64,000 nt of DNA, from NCBI GenBank assembly GCA_964518635.1, contig CAZFGK010000003.1:30338-94337 (forward strand), in the 5' to 3' direction. Positions 7,443 through 17,329 of the stretch are shown in pieces. Under the pieces are notes generated by a model. That model searched no databases and was not told where the DNA came from. It worked only from the letters and a program-made list of their open reading frames with translations. The translations under genes and the position numbers were made by a program. This DNA comes from an uncultured Ignavibacteriales bacterium. Lineage in GTDB: Bacteria; Zixibacteria; MSB-5A5; GN15; FEB-12. The first letter of the stretch is position 1. Each line of letters opens with the position of its first letter.

Positions 7443-9158
7443 ATGGCGCTGCTTCTCCTGGTTGCAAGCACATCTCTGTTCGTCGGTTGCAGTTCAAAAC
7501 CAGGGGATACGGTGCTGGCGAAAGTTGGTGATCATGAGATCACCGTCGCCGAAATGGATGACTATTCACGCGATATTTCGTTCGACAACGCGACTTTTGA
7601 TCAGGAGCTTGCCGGGAAACGTCAGATTCTGGATACCCTGATCTACAAGCGACTCCTGATTCAGGGGGCATATGAAAAAGGGGTGCAGAATATAGAGGAG
7701 GTCAGCCGTGCCGTACTCAACAGTCGCAATCAGTTTCTGATCGATATTCTCTATCAGGAAAAAGTAAGTTCGAAGCTGAATATCACAGCCCAAGAGTTGC
7801 GTGACTTCTGGGAGAAAATGGCTGAGGTGATTCACACGCAGCAGATTGTGCTCTCGACCAAAGATTCCGCAGAAATGATACTGGGACGTTTACAGGCGGG
7901 TGAGAATTTCGAACAGCTTGCATATGACTTTTCAATCGATCCGAATGTGAAGCGCACCCGTGGAGATATGGGTTTTATTCAGTGGGGGGCACTCTCAAGT
8001 GAACTTCAGAATGCGCTCTTCTCGATGAAAGTCGGGGAAGTCTCCCCTCCTCTCAAGTCAAGTATTGGCTACTATCATATATTGCGAGTGCTGGAAAAAA
8101 GACCAAACAGCAACCGTCGTCAGCCAGAAGAGATGAAAGAGGAGCTGTATGGCAGTGTCTTCAATCGTAAAGCCGGAGAGTTAATGGAAGCGTACTTCAA
8201 AGAGATGCGCACCACTTACAAGCTGACGATCGACACTGCGACCATTCAGTACCTGCTGGTCAAGCGAAGCAATATGTATCCGCCGCAAATTCTTGCCTCA
8301 TTGCCGAAATCGACCTTCGATTTGGCTCAGCTTGATCGAAATGAGAAAGAGTTGAAGATGGCAAGCTGGACCGGCGGACAGGTTTCAGTGAGTGAGTATT
8401 TTACCCTCGCCGATGAGTCCGGTGTACCGGCGCAGTATCGTCCTGATCTTGATCAGTATGATTCTCTGGCTTCATTCATGTTTGATATCAAACGAAATGA
8501 CTTTCTCGTGGCCGAAGCTCTCAAGCTCGGTCTGGATAAGCATCCCGATTTTGTACGTCGAATCAAGTTCATGAAAGAACTGACTATGGCAGAGGTGATG
8601 AGCAATGACTCACTGACTGTCGGACTCGAAGTGACTGATCAAATGGCACGTGAGTTTTATGAAAAGAATTCCCGGATGTTCACACGGCCGGCTCGAATTC
8701 GTGTCTACGAAATCCTGACCTCCGATCAGAGTCTCGCCGCCCGACTTGCTCGTGAGATCAAATCACTCCCAGACTTTTCAGCAAGAGCAATTCAATACAC
8801 CGAGCGTGATACCAGACGTGGCACCAATGGCGATCTGAATTATATCGAATCTCGCACCATGCCGGATCTTTTTGCTGCTGCGCAGCAGGTGGCAATCGGA
8901 GAAATCGGCGGGCCAATTCCGAATGAAGGAAAATTTTCGGTTTTCTATGTCGTCGACAAACTTCCGCAGGAGACCATCGATTATCTCGGTGTGAAACGGG
9001 ATATCGTCGCACAGTTGGTTGACACCGTGCGCAACCAAACCGCTCGTAACTGGATTGCTGATCAACGAGCAAAGAAAAAGATCGAAGTCTTTGAAGAGAA
9101 TGTCCGAAAGGCAGTCCTTGACCGACGCACAAAATATGAGGCCGCGCGTGCAATCTAA
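7443..9158 (+). CDS. Lipoprotein peptidyl-prolyl isomerase, parvulin type (PpiD/PrsA/SurA-like chaperone)
   Basis: The likely true start is MALLLLVASTSLFVGC (lipobox FVGC) at 7443; the ORF track start at 7275 adds a non-signal extension. Parvulin domain: IHTQQIVL...GDMGFIQWG...GYYHILRVLEKR. Confidence 0.8.
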   Translation: MALLLLVASTSLFVGCSSKPGDTVLAKVGDHEITVAEMDDYSRDISFDNATFDQELAGKRQILDTLIYKRLLIQGAYEKGVQNIEEVSRAVLNSRNQFLIDILYQEKVSSKLNITAQELRDFWEKMAEVIHTQQIVLSTKDSAEMILGRLQAGENFEQLAYDFSIDPNVKRTRGDMGFIQWGALSSELQNALFSMKVGEVSPPLKSSIGYYHILRVLEKRPNSNRRQPEEMKEELYGSVFNRKAGELMEAYFKEMRTTYKLTIDTATIQYLLVKRSNMYPPQILASLPKSTFDLAQLDRNEKELKMASWTGGQVSVSEYFTLADESGVPAQYRPDLDQYDSLASFMFDIKRNDFLVAEALKLGLDKHPDFVRRIKFMKELTMAEVMSNDSLTVGLEVTDQMAREFYEKNSRMFTRPARIRVYEILTSDQSLAARLAREIKSLPDFSARAIQYTERDTRRGTNGDLNYIESRTMPDLFAAAQQVAIGEIGGPIPNEGKFSVFYVVDKLPQETIDYLGVKRDIVAQLVDTVRNQTARNWIADQRAKKKIEVFEENVRKAVLDRRTKYEAARAI

Positions 9159-10497
9159 TTGGCTGCTTACAACCATACTTCTCATTGGTTGTTCGCACGT
9201 ACTCATTGCTCACGAGACAGTATTCGCACAGTCCACACCACAGAAACGAGAGCTGCTCGATCGTGTTGTCGCGGTAGTCGGTAATGAAGTGATTACGGCG
9301 ACTGAACTTGCCACGCAATTGCAACTCGTCGCGATTCAGGCGAATATCCGACCAAAATCGGAAGAAGAACTCGCGGCATTACAACGACGAATTCTTGATC
9401 AGATGATCTCGGATCGTCTGCTGGTCGCAGAAGCTCGTAAAGATACCACCCTCAAAGTTCGACCGGAAGATGTGGAGAGCGCGCTTGATGAACAGCTTGC
9501 TCGACTCGCGTCCAATCTTGGTTCTCCCGAAGCACTTGCCCGTCGACTCGAAGATGAAGGGCTGACCCTTCGCGAATTGCGGCGACGATATTCCCGTGAT
9601 ATTGAGAATCAACTTCTTCGTCAGCGATTGGTGCAACGTCAACTCGGTGATGTGACCGTCTCGCGGCCGGAAGTCGAAGTCTTTTACGAGAAATTCAAGG
9701 ACTCTCTTCCTGCGACACCAGAAGGGATTAAACTCGCCCACATCCTGATGCCGGTCACCGCTGATGCAAAGATAGAAGACAGCGTTCGCCAGCTTGCCAC
9801 TTCTCTTCGTGAGCGAATTCTCTCAGGTGCGGATTTTGCCACCCTTGCGTCACAATATTCCGGTCTCGGCACGGCCGAATCGGCGGGTGATCTTGGCTTT
9901 GTCACCAAAGATGACCTCGTTCCTGAATTTTCCCGTGCCGCATTTCAATTGCAGCCGGGAGAAATCTCCGGAATCGTCCGCACCACATTCGGCTGGCATA
10001 TTATTCGGTGCGAAGAAAAGCGGGATGACAAATCCCGCCTTCGTCAGATTCTTCTCCCTGTTTCGCCGACTGCCTCCGATACCCTTCGCGCAAAAACAAA
10101 GGCTGATTCAGTCCTGACTGTTCTTCGCGCCGGAGCACCATTTGATGTGATGGCAAAAGATCTCTCGGTCGATGATGAATCCCGCGCGCAAGGAGGGGAA
10201 CTTGGATGGTTTGCGCTGGCAGAATTGCCGACCGAATACGTGGATGCCCTCAGTGGCTGGACAACTCCGAATGATCTGCGCGGCCCGCTGGTGAGTCGAC
10301 ATGGGGTACATATTTTCAAATTGCTCGAATATCAGGCGCAGGAGCAATTGGATCTCAGCAAGGCATACGACCGTGTCAAAGATATGGCCCGTCAGGAGAA
10401 ATCCTCCCGTGTGGTCGATGAATGGATTAGTGAGATTCGGAAGCGTTCGTACGTGGTCGACCGTCTGGAAGACGGCGTCGCGAATATGGAGCAGTAG
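9136..10497 (+). CDS. surA: SurA-like periplasmic chaperone with two parvulin PPIase domains
   Basis: Start at ATG 9136 (MRPRVQSNWLLTTILLIGCSHVLIA), overlapping the previous gene by 23 nt. SurA-N region: LLDRVVAVVGNEVITATEL. Two parvulin domains: GDLGFVTKDD...FGWHIIRCEEKR and GGELGWFA...HGVHIFKLLE. Confidence 0.75.
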   Translation: MRPRVQSNWLLTTILLIGCSHVLIAHETVFAQSTPQKRELLDRVVAVVGNEVITATELATQLQLVAIQANIRPKSEEELAALQRRILDQMISDRLLVAEARKDTTLKVRPEDVESALDEQLARLASNLGSPEALARRLEDEGLTLRELRRRYSRDIENQLLRQRLVQRQLGDVTVSRPEVEVFYEKFKDSLPATPEGIKLAHILMPVTADAKIEDSVRQLATSLRERILSGADFATLASQYSGLGTAESAGDLGFVTKDDLVPEFSRAAFQLQPGEISGIVRTTFGWHIIRCEEKRDDKSRLRQILLPVSPTASDTLRAKTKADSVLTVLRAGAPFDVMAKDLSVDDESRAQGGELGWFALAELPTEYVDALSGWTTPNDLRGPLVSRHGVHIFKLLEYQAQEQLDLSKAYDRVKDMARQEKSSRVVDEWISEIRKRSYVVDRLEDGVANMEQ

Positions 10498-10508
10498 GAC
10501 GATTAGCT

Positions 10509-10775
10509 ATGCGGGTCGATGACTTTCTCTCCAGCGTCGGGGTCATCAAACGGCGCACCGTTGCGAAAGAGATGGCCGACAACGGGCTGGTGCTGATCAA
10601 CGGCACAAAAGCAAAACCCTCTCGCGAAATTCACGCTCAGGATCGAATCGCAATCAAGGGTAAAAGTCAGTTAGAGATTCTCGTCCTTGAAGTCCCTACC
10701 GGAAACGTAGCCAAAGCGAGGCGGGCGGAGTATTTCACCCTCCTTTCGGGAAGTACTCCGGAAATCGAATTCTGA
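10509..10775 (+). CDS. S4-domain RNA-binding protein (Hsp15/RqcP-like)
   Basis: 88 aa. MRVDDFLSSVGVIKRRTVAKEMADNGLVLINGTKAKPSREI is a typical S4 alpha-L motif. Confidence 0.7.
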   Translation: MRVDDFLSSVGVIKRRTVAKEMADNGLVLINGTKAKPSREIHAQDRIAIKGKSQLEILVLEVPTGNVAKARRAEYFTLLSGSTPEIEF

Positions 10776-10966
10776 ATTCATTTTTGGATTATCTGATTCC
10801 ATTCACAAAAAATGCTCATTAGACTGTGTGAGCAGAACAATTGAAGCGTACTGGTGTTTCCACTTTAACGGGACACATTTCCCTTCACGCGAACTGTTCA
10901 CAACACATTGAACGAGAATTCAGCCGGCGGAGTCGAGATCGCCGACATATTTTTGAAAGGTAGCAC

Positions 10967-12424
10967 GTGGCAACATCTCTCCCGACAACTCGCGGTGAAT
11001 TGATCGCCAGCGGCTGGAAAAGTCGCCGTATCAAAGAAGAACTGCGCGAAAATCTGCTCAAGAAACTCCACAATGGTGATGATATTTTCCCCGGTATTGT
11101 TGGCTTTGACAAGACCGTCATCCCGCAACTGGTGAACGCCATTCTCTCACGCCATCATATAATTCTGCTTGGGCTTCGCGGACAGGCGAAGACCCGTATC
11201 CTGCGTCAGCTCTCTACTCTTCTGGATGAGCAAATGCCCGTTCTCGAAGGAACGCTGCTCAACGAAGACCCACTCCATCCGATCTCTCCAAAGGGGAAAT
11301 CATTGGTTGAAAAGCACGGAGACAAAACCCCCATTCGCTGGATGGCTCGCGCTGAGCGATATCATGAAAAACTCGCCACTCCGGATGTTTCCATCGCCGA
11401 CTTAATAGGTGATATCGATCCTATCAAGGCTGCGCGCGAAAAATTGGACATCTCCAACGAAGAGGTCATCCACTGGGGAATCATTCCCCGCACCAATCGC
11501 GGCATTTTTGCGATCAACGAGCTCCCTGATTTGCAGCCACGAATTCAGGTCGGCCTACTCAATATTCTGGAAGAGGCAGACATTCAGGTTCGTGGCTTCC
11601 CGCTTCGCCTTCCGCTAGATATCTGCATGGTCTTTTCGGCAAATCCGGAGGATTACACCAATCGCGGAAATATTATCACGCCGTTGAAAGATCGCATCGA
11701 TTCGCAGGTCATCACGCACTATCCGAAATCACGTCTGGAAGCGAAAAAGATCACGGTTGCCGAATCACGTGCCACAAAGACTGAGATCCCGGAGCTGGTT
11801 CGGGATATTGTCGAGGAGATTGCAATTCAGGCACGCAAGAGTGAGTTTGTAGATCAGGCATCGGGGGTGAGCGCGCGTATGTCGATTGCGGCGTATGAAA
11901 ATGTCGTCGCCAATATCGAACGTCGCAGTGCTATGCAGCGGACTCCCTCCTATGCGCGTATCTGCGATATCTATGCCGCTCTTCCGGCAATTACCGGTAA
12001 GATCGAATTGGTCTACGAAGGAGAACAGGAAGGGGCATCGATCGTTGCCCATACCCTTATCGGCAAAGCGGTGCAGACAGTTTTTCTTGAGCATTTTCCG
12101 GCACCGATAAAAGAACGACAGCGCAAGGATGTCGCTCCGGTTGAGAATCCGTATGAAGCGGTGACTGACTACTTCAGCGGCGGAACACAGCTCGAAATGG
12201 CGGATGATCTCTCCGATATCGAATATCGAAACAGACTGAATTCACTTCCGGGACTGAAACAGATTGTTGAACGTCACGCTAACCCAAGCGATGAATGCGA
12301 AAAGTTTCTTCGGATGGAACTTGTTCTGGATGGACTCTATCACAATAACGTCATCGCTCGCGCCGTTGCCGAGGCGAATATCCGGTACGGCGATATCCTA
12401 AACGACATGCTGAAGGGGATGTAA
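10967..12424 (+). CDS. AAA+ ATPase, Mg-chelatase ChlI/MoxR-like family
   Basis: 485 aa, GTG start. P-loop-like LLGLRGQAKTRIL, Walker-B-like GIFAINELPDL, then LNILEE...VRGFPLRLPLDICMVFSANPEDY. A vWA partner follows after 4 nt. Confidence 0.75.
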   Translation: MATSLPTTRGELIASGWKSRRIKEELRENLLKKLHNGDDIFPGIVGFDKTVIPQLVNAILSRHHIILLGLRGQAKTRILRQLSTLLDEQMPVLEGTLLNEDPLHPISPKGKSLVEKHGDKTPIRWMARAERYHEKLATPDVSIADLIGDIDPIKAAREKLDISNEEVIHWGIIPRTNRGIFAINELPDLQPRIQVGLLNILEEADIQVRGFPLRLPLDICMVFSANPEDYTNRGNIITPLKDRIDSQVITHYPKSRLEAKKITVAESRATKTEIPELVRDIVEEIAIQARKSEFVDQASGVSARMSIAAYENVVANIERRSAMQRTPSYARICDIYAALPAITGKIELVYEGEQEGASIVAHTLIGKAVQTVFLEHFPAPIKERQRKDVAPVENPYEAVTDYFSGGTQLEMADDLSDIEYRNRLNSLPGLKQIVERHANPSDECEKFLRMELVLDGLYHNNVIARAVAEANIRYGDILNDMLKGM

Positions 12425-12428
12425 GAGC

Positions 12429-13520
12429 ATGCGTTTCATCTACCATGAATGGGATGATGAACTTTTCAGCAAGTTGAAAGACCTGCATGATCTGATGTCG
12501 ATTTTTAATTATCTCCTGATGCGTTTGAACGGCGACGTCGAAGAAACACTCGCCCTCATGCGTCGCTTACAGCAGCAGGGGATACTGGATGAAAAGTATG
12601 ATCTGGATGAGTTTGAACGACAACTCGAGAAATCCGATCTCATCAAGCGTGGTCCCGGCGGCATGACCCTCGCTCCCAAGGGGGAGCAGAAACTCCGTCA
12701 GCAGGCCTTCGATGCGATCTTCTCGAAGTTGCGTGCAACTGGTCGCGGTGATCATCGCGTCCCTCATGCCGGAGGGATGACCGAAGAGCCACTCCCCGAG
12801 CGTCGCTCATTTCAATTTGGCGATAACCCAAGCCATATTGATTACAACGCATCGATTTTCAATTCGATTAGTCGTCAGGCAGACACCGACGGGATGCTTG
12901 AAGAACGTGATCTTGAAGTCTTCGACAGTGAGAAATCGACCTCCTGTGCGACGGTACTCATGATCGATATCTCCCATTCGATGATCTTGTACGGTGAAGA
13001 TCGAATTACTCCTGCCAAACAGGTTGCGATGGCATTCACCGAGATGATACTCACACGTTATCCAAAAGATCATCTATCGATTGTGACATTTGGCGATACC
13101 GCCGAAGAAGTGAGTATTGCGGATCTTCCCTATCTGTCAGTCGGGCCATTTCATACGAATACACAAGCGGGGCTGCGATTGGCTCGTCAGATTCTCATGA
13201 CCAAGAAGCATGTGAACAAGCAGATCTTTATGGTCACTGATGGGAAACCCTCGATGATCACTCGCCCGGATGGGACTCTTTACAAGAATCCGAACGGGCT
13301 TGATCCGAGAATTGTGAATCGAACGCTTGATGAAGCGGTTATCTGCCGAAATAAACGTATACCAATTACTACATTTATGGTCACCGACGACCGCTATCTG
13401 CAAAACTTTGTCGCGCAGCTGACAGAACTGAATCGTGGACGGGCCTATTTTTCCAATGTTGACAATCTCGGTCAGTTTGTGATGTGGGATTTCGTCTCGA
13501 ATCGCAAGAAGAGAAAATAG
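12429..13520 (+). CDS. von Willebrand factor A (vWA) domain protein, partner of the AAA+ ATPase
   Basis: 363 aa. MIDAS residues are in VLMIDISHSM and MVTDGKPS. The N-terminal helical region is typical of chelatase-like vWA partners. Confidence 0.8.
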   Translation: MRFIYHEWDDELFSKLKDLHDLMSIFNYLLMRLNGDVEETLALMRRLQQQGILDEKYDLDEFERQLEKSDLIKRGPGGMTLAPKGEQKLRQQAFDAIFSKLRATGRGDHRVPHAGGMTEEPLPERRSFQFGDNPSHIDYNASIFNSISRQADTDGMLEERDLEVFDSEKSTSCATVLMIDISHSMILYGEDRITPAKQVAMAFTEMILTRYPKDHLSIVTFGDTAEEVSIADLPYLSVGPFHTNTQAGLRLARQILMTKKHVNKQIFMVTDGKPSMITRPDGTLYKNPNGLDPRIVNRTLDEAVICRNKRIPITTFMVTDDRYLQNFVAQLTELNRGRAYFSNVDNLGQFVMWDFVSNRKKRK

Positions 13521-13650
13521 CTCGTCTGGTTCTGCGCTTTCTTTACTTCCGGACAATTTCTCTTTATCCTCACTTTGTAAGCATCAAGGACTTTCCCTGA
13601 CAAGACGAATGAATCAGGATGAAAGCCTCGGGAATTGTGGAGGGTTGGTC

Positions 13651-14256
13651 ATGTACTTTCAGAAGTCTCCCAGTCCAAGAGTGCTGTACGCTGTTTTCAT
13701 TTTGCTCTGCCTTGGTAGCACACCGAAAGCAGTCGCAGATTCCCCTTCAATTCGCGCAAGCATCGGTTCATCAATAGTCTTCATGGAAATCGGCGATCCG
13801 ATGTTTGATCTGAGTGGCCGACTTGAACTGGAAGCATCCAGGTTGACGTCACAAAAGCCCTCAAGAACGGTCTGGATATTCGAGGTCATTGGAATGCAGG
13901 TCCCCTACCCTGCGATGCGTCGATACGCAATCGAACCAGCATTTGACACCACTACTGCCCTCTTCCCCAGGGGAAGTGACTTCTTATGGGGATTCGGAAC
14001 CGGAGTACGGCTTCATCTTGCTGATATCTCAGGAACTACGATTCTAATGCGACTTACCGCCGGATTGTGTCAGACAAGAGATGGAATGGAATTTGGTGGC
14101 GATCATCGTATGCCGCGAAATCCGCTCTATCTCTACCCTGCATTGGTCCTGAATCTTCATCGAAATCTCTTTCTGACCTTCGGAACCTTCATAACGGAGT
14201 TAAGAGAGCCGCAGGCAACGATAATTCCTGTTGAAATTGGATTGAAACTCTTGTGA
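13651..14256 (+). CDS. Putative small outer-membrane beta-barrel protein, paralog 1
   Basis: Start at ATG 13651 (GGAGGG upstream); the ORF track starts at 13609. Signal peptide ...VFILLCLGSTPKAVA. Amphipathic beta pattern with terminal strand IPVEIGLKLL. Confidence 0.45.
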   Translation: MYFQKSPSPRVLYAVFILLCLGSTPKAVADSPSIRASIGSSIVFMEIGDPMFDLSGRLELEASRLTSQKPSRTVWIFEVIGMQVPYPAMRRYAIEPAFDTTTALFPRGSDFLWGFGTGVRLHLADISGTTILMRLTAGLCQTRDGMEFGGDHRMPRNPLYLYPALVLNLHRNLFLTFGTFITELREPQATIIPVEIGLKLL

Positions 14257-14281
14257 AACTAATTCTGCAGAAAATGCTGAT

Positions 14282-14866
14282 ATGAAATTGAAAATGTCAT
14301 TGATCAAGTATTGCAGCAAGACTTCGCTTCTCTTTTTCCTTTTGACCCTGATTGTCTGCTTTGCCAATCCGGTATACGCAAAGCCAAAGGGACATTTCTA
14401 CGGCACTGGCGGAGCATTCTTTCCGCTCGACGTTCAGAAGGGGGCGGCGACTTCCGGCATGTTCTATCGCCTCGGCATGGGGCTTGAACATTATCGTCCG
14501 GGTGACCGGGCAGGAGCTGAGATATTAATCCTCACCTCACACCTCTCCGCTCCAAAATCACGATCTCTTTACAAGTTTAATCCTACACCGGGCAACCCGG
14601 GCTTGATTGAGAGTGAAGAATACAATCTCATCATGTTTGGCGGTGGGTTGAAATTCAACACTCATCGAGATATCAAGCGACAGATACTCTCGTTACATCT
14701 TGCTGGTGGATTTGCTTTTCCCGATGATCTCGCCAAAAACTGGTTTGAGGCCGGAGTAGGAATCGCTTTTCGAAAGACTCTGCAGATGGGTGTCAGTTTT
14801 CTGATTATTGATGGTGGTCCATATCCTGTCTATATGATTCCCGTAACGGTTGGATTGAGATTGTAA
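14282..14866 (+). CDS. Putative small outer-membrane beta-barrel protein, paralog 2
   Basis: Signal peptide LLFFLLTLIVCFANPVYA. Gly/aromatic-rich alternating strands. Terminal strand MIPVTVGLRL. Confidence 0.45.
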   Translation: MKLKMSLIKYCSKTSLLFFLLTLIVCFANPVYAKPKGHFYGTGGAFFPLDVQKGAATSGMFYRLGMGLEHYRPGDRAGAEILILTSHLSAPKSRSLYKFNPTPGNPGLIESEEYNLIMFGGGLKFNTHRDIKRQILSLHLAGGFAFPDDLAKNWFEAGVGIAFRKTLQMGVSFLIIDGGPYPVYMIPVTVGLRL

Positions 14867-15403
14867 ATGGGAGTGAGTTTGAAAACTTCATGCGGTGGAA
14901 TGATGCTGAGGCATGGAGAAAGAACTGGCATGCACACAATCCCTGTTTCCCTTTTCGTTCTGGTTGTTTTGTTGTGCATAGCCACAGAGACACACGCAGC
15001 TCGCAGGTTACATTTCTATGCAGGAGGCGGATACAGCTGGAACTTGAATACAAATATAACCAGAATCGAAAGCCAAAGTGGTACGGTAGGTCGATTTGCA
15101 ATCGGGATAGACGTCAATCGATCAATTGACCCTGACAGAATGGAACTGCTTCTCGAGCTTAATTCTGCCTTTGAAGGCACATACAACCCTGGCGTCGGAT
15201 TTAAGCTCAACTTTGGTCCGCCTGAAGACGTTGTGAATTTTCATCTGGCTGGTACTATTGGACTACGACCTCAGGATAAATTTAGACCTTGGTTTGGTGC
15301 ATTCGCTGGTGTAGAAATGTACGGACTTGCATTTGCCACTCTTGGTATTTACTCGGCGGGATCAGATATTGAAATGCCAGTGATGGTCGGCATCCGATTC
15401 TAG
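14867..15403 (+). CDS. Putative small outer-membrane beta-barrel protein, paralog 3
   Basis: The start abuts the previous stop (TAAATG); an alternative ATG lies at 14930 (MHTIPVSLFVLVVLLCIATETHA). Ends MPVMVGIRF, a C-terminal Phe typical of OMPs. Confidence 0.5.
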   Translation: MGVSLKTSCGGMMLRHGERTGMHTIPVSLFVLVVLLCIATETHAARRLHFYAGGGYSWNLNTNITRIESQSGTVGRFAIGIDVNRSIDPDRMELLLELNSAFEGTYNPGVGFKLNFGPPEDVVNFHLAGTIGLRPQDKFRPWFGAFAGVEMYGLAFATLGIYSAGSDIEMPVMVGIRF

Positions 15404-15458
15404 TTCATCTCCTGTAAGTTGAACTCTCTTTAATTCAAAAGTTCTACCTCGACAGCTT

Positions 15459-17138
15459 ATGAATTCACAAATAGATTCCATCATGTTCTCCTCCTACCTC
15501 CGCCAGTCATTCCCTGCCGATCTCAAGGCCGGATTCATTACCTCAATTGTTGCCCTCCCGCTCGCAATTGCATTTGCCATTGCCTCTGGCGTGCCTCCGA
15601 TCATGGGGCTCTACACTGCAGTCATCGCTGGTATTCTTGGTTCGGCATTCGGCGGGTCATCCTATTCAATCACCGGTCCGACCGGAGCCATGACCGTGAT
15701 CATCCTCTCGACGGTAAACAAGTTCGGCATCGAAGGGCTGCTCTTAGCCGGATTACTTGCAGGACTTCTGCAACTGCTCTTCGGATTTCTGAAAATCGGG
15801 AAGTATGTCAAATTCATCCCCTTGCCAGTCGTCTCAGGTTTCACTGCCGGAATCGGACTGATCATTTTCATTGGGCAGATCGCGAACGGATTGGGTATTA
15901 CTATCCCGGCGGAAGAATTCATTGTGCACACGGTCCGTGACATTATTCAAGAACTAAGTCATGCCAATTCGTCAGCAGTAGTTATTTGCGCAGGGACAGT
16001 CTTGATGCTCTGGTCATTGCCGGGGATTCTCAAACGATTTGGGCCTCTGTCATTTATCCCTGCATCATTGGTGCCGCTGGTTCTTTCTGTCCTTGGAGTC
16101 ACCGCACTTGCTCTCACCGTACCGCAGGTCGGTGAAATTCCGGCCGGCTTTCCAATCCCGCAACTTATTCACTTTGATCTTGATCTTGCTCGCAACGTCT
16201 TCCCTTCGGCATTGACCATTGCAATGCTTGGCGCAATTGAAGCTCTTTTGTGTGCGGTTGTCGCCGACGGCATGACCGGAACAAAACATGACAGTGATAA
16301 AGAATTGAAATCTCAGGGGATCGCGAACAGCGTTCTTCCCTTCTTCGGGGGTATAGCCGCCACAGCGGCAATTGCACGAACTGCTGTCAATGTTCGCGAA
16401 GGGGCAAAGACACGAGTTGCGGGAGTTATACACGCGCTTTTTCTGCTCTCATATATGCTGGTGTTGGGACCGATGGTCGGGCTGATTCCAAAAGCATTTC
16501 TCGCGGGTATCCTCCTCTATGTCTCAGCAAGGATGATCAACATTCGTGAAATCAGAACGATTGTCAGAATCAGCAGACAGGAGACGATTGTTCTCTTTGT
16601 TACTATGGGCTTGACCGTTCTCACTGATCTCGTCCTTGCCGTGCAGATCGGGATGATTCTCGCGGTCTTCCTGTTGTTTGTGAAGATTGTCGATGTCACC
16701 AAGATTAGTCTGATGGAGGAGTATGATCCCAGCGACACGGTCAACGCGCTGGTAAATGAAAGTCCGCAGCTCAAGAAACAACTCGCAGTCTATACCATCA
16801 ACGGGCCGTTTTTCTTTGGGGCGATGTCGGTCTTTGAGCAGAAACTAAATGAACATCGCCATGAAGAGAAACCGATCATTCTGCTTCGGATGAGACATGT
16901 GCCGTTTGTCGATTCAACCGGACAGGCGCGACTCAAGGAGTTTGTCCGGCATCGAAACAAGCATGGCGGAATTGTACTCTTCAGCGGTTGCGAACCGCAG
17001 ATTCAGAAGCAACTGCGTGAGAGTACCGAGTTCTGTTCGTTGGTGCCGGAGGAGCATATGTTCGCCCGTTCAGTGCAGGCGATTCTTTATGCGGATGAGC
17101 AGATACAGTTGAAGTCAGTCTCTCCATCGAGAGTCTGA
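15459..17138 (+). CDS. SulP-family anion transporter with C-terminal STAS domain
   Basis: 559 aa. DLKAGFITSIVALPLAIAFAIASGVPPIMGLYTAVIAGILGSAFGGS is the SulP signature region. STAS region: YTINGPFFFGA...VPFVDSTG. Confidence 0.9.
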   Translation: MNSQIDSIMFSSYLRQSFPADLKAGFITSIVALPLAIAFAIASGVPPIMGLYTAVIAGILGSAFGGSSYSITGPTGAMTVIILSTVNKFGIEGLLLAGLLAGLLQLLFGFLKIGKYVKFIPLPVVSGFTAGIGLIIFIGQIANGLGITIPAEEFIVHTVRDIIQELSHANSSAVVICAGTVLMLWSLPGILKRFGPLSFIPASLVPLVLSVLGVTALALTVPQVGEIPAGFPIPQLIHFDLDLARNVFPSALTIAMLGAIEALLCAVVADGMTGTKHDSDKELKSQGIANSVLPFFGGIAATAAIARTAVNVREGAKTRVAGVIHALFLLSYMLVLGPMVGLIPKAFLAGILLYVSARMINIREIRTIVRISRQETIVLFVTMGLTVLTDLVLAVQIGMILAVFLLFVKIVDVTKISLMEEYDPSDTVNALVNESPQLKKQLAVYTINGPFFFGAMSVFEQKLNEHRHEEKPIILLRMRHVPFVDSTGQARLKEFVRHRNKHGGIVLFSGCEPQIQKQLRESTEFCSLVPEEHMFARSVQAILYADEQIQLKSVSPSRV

Positions 17139-17329
17139 CGAATATCTCTTTCAACCTGCTTTCCTTCTTCATGCATAGTAATCAGTATGAAACGAGCTAT
17201 TCCTGATTCACTTTTCGGTGGAACAACGGTACTTGACATCTTCGGCATTCACTGGATGCTTAATTGCGAGAAGAAGTAGCCACTTTTCCGGAATAGTGAA
17301 CGCTTCATTCGTGGGTGGCAGTAATCCGG

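Noticed and set aside
8758-9324. 188-aa and 142-aa ORFs antisense to the junction of the two PPIase genes
   Set aside because: These are shadow ORFs opposite strongly supported parvulin/SurA coding sequence.
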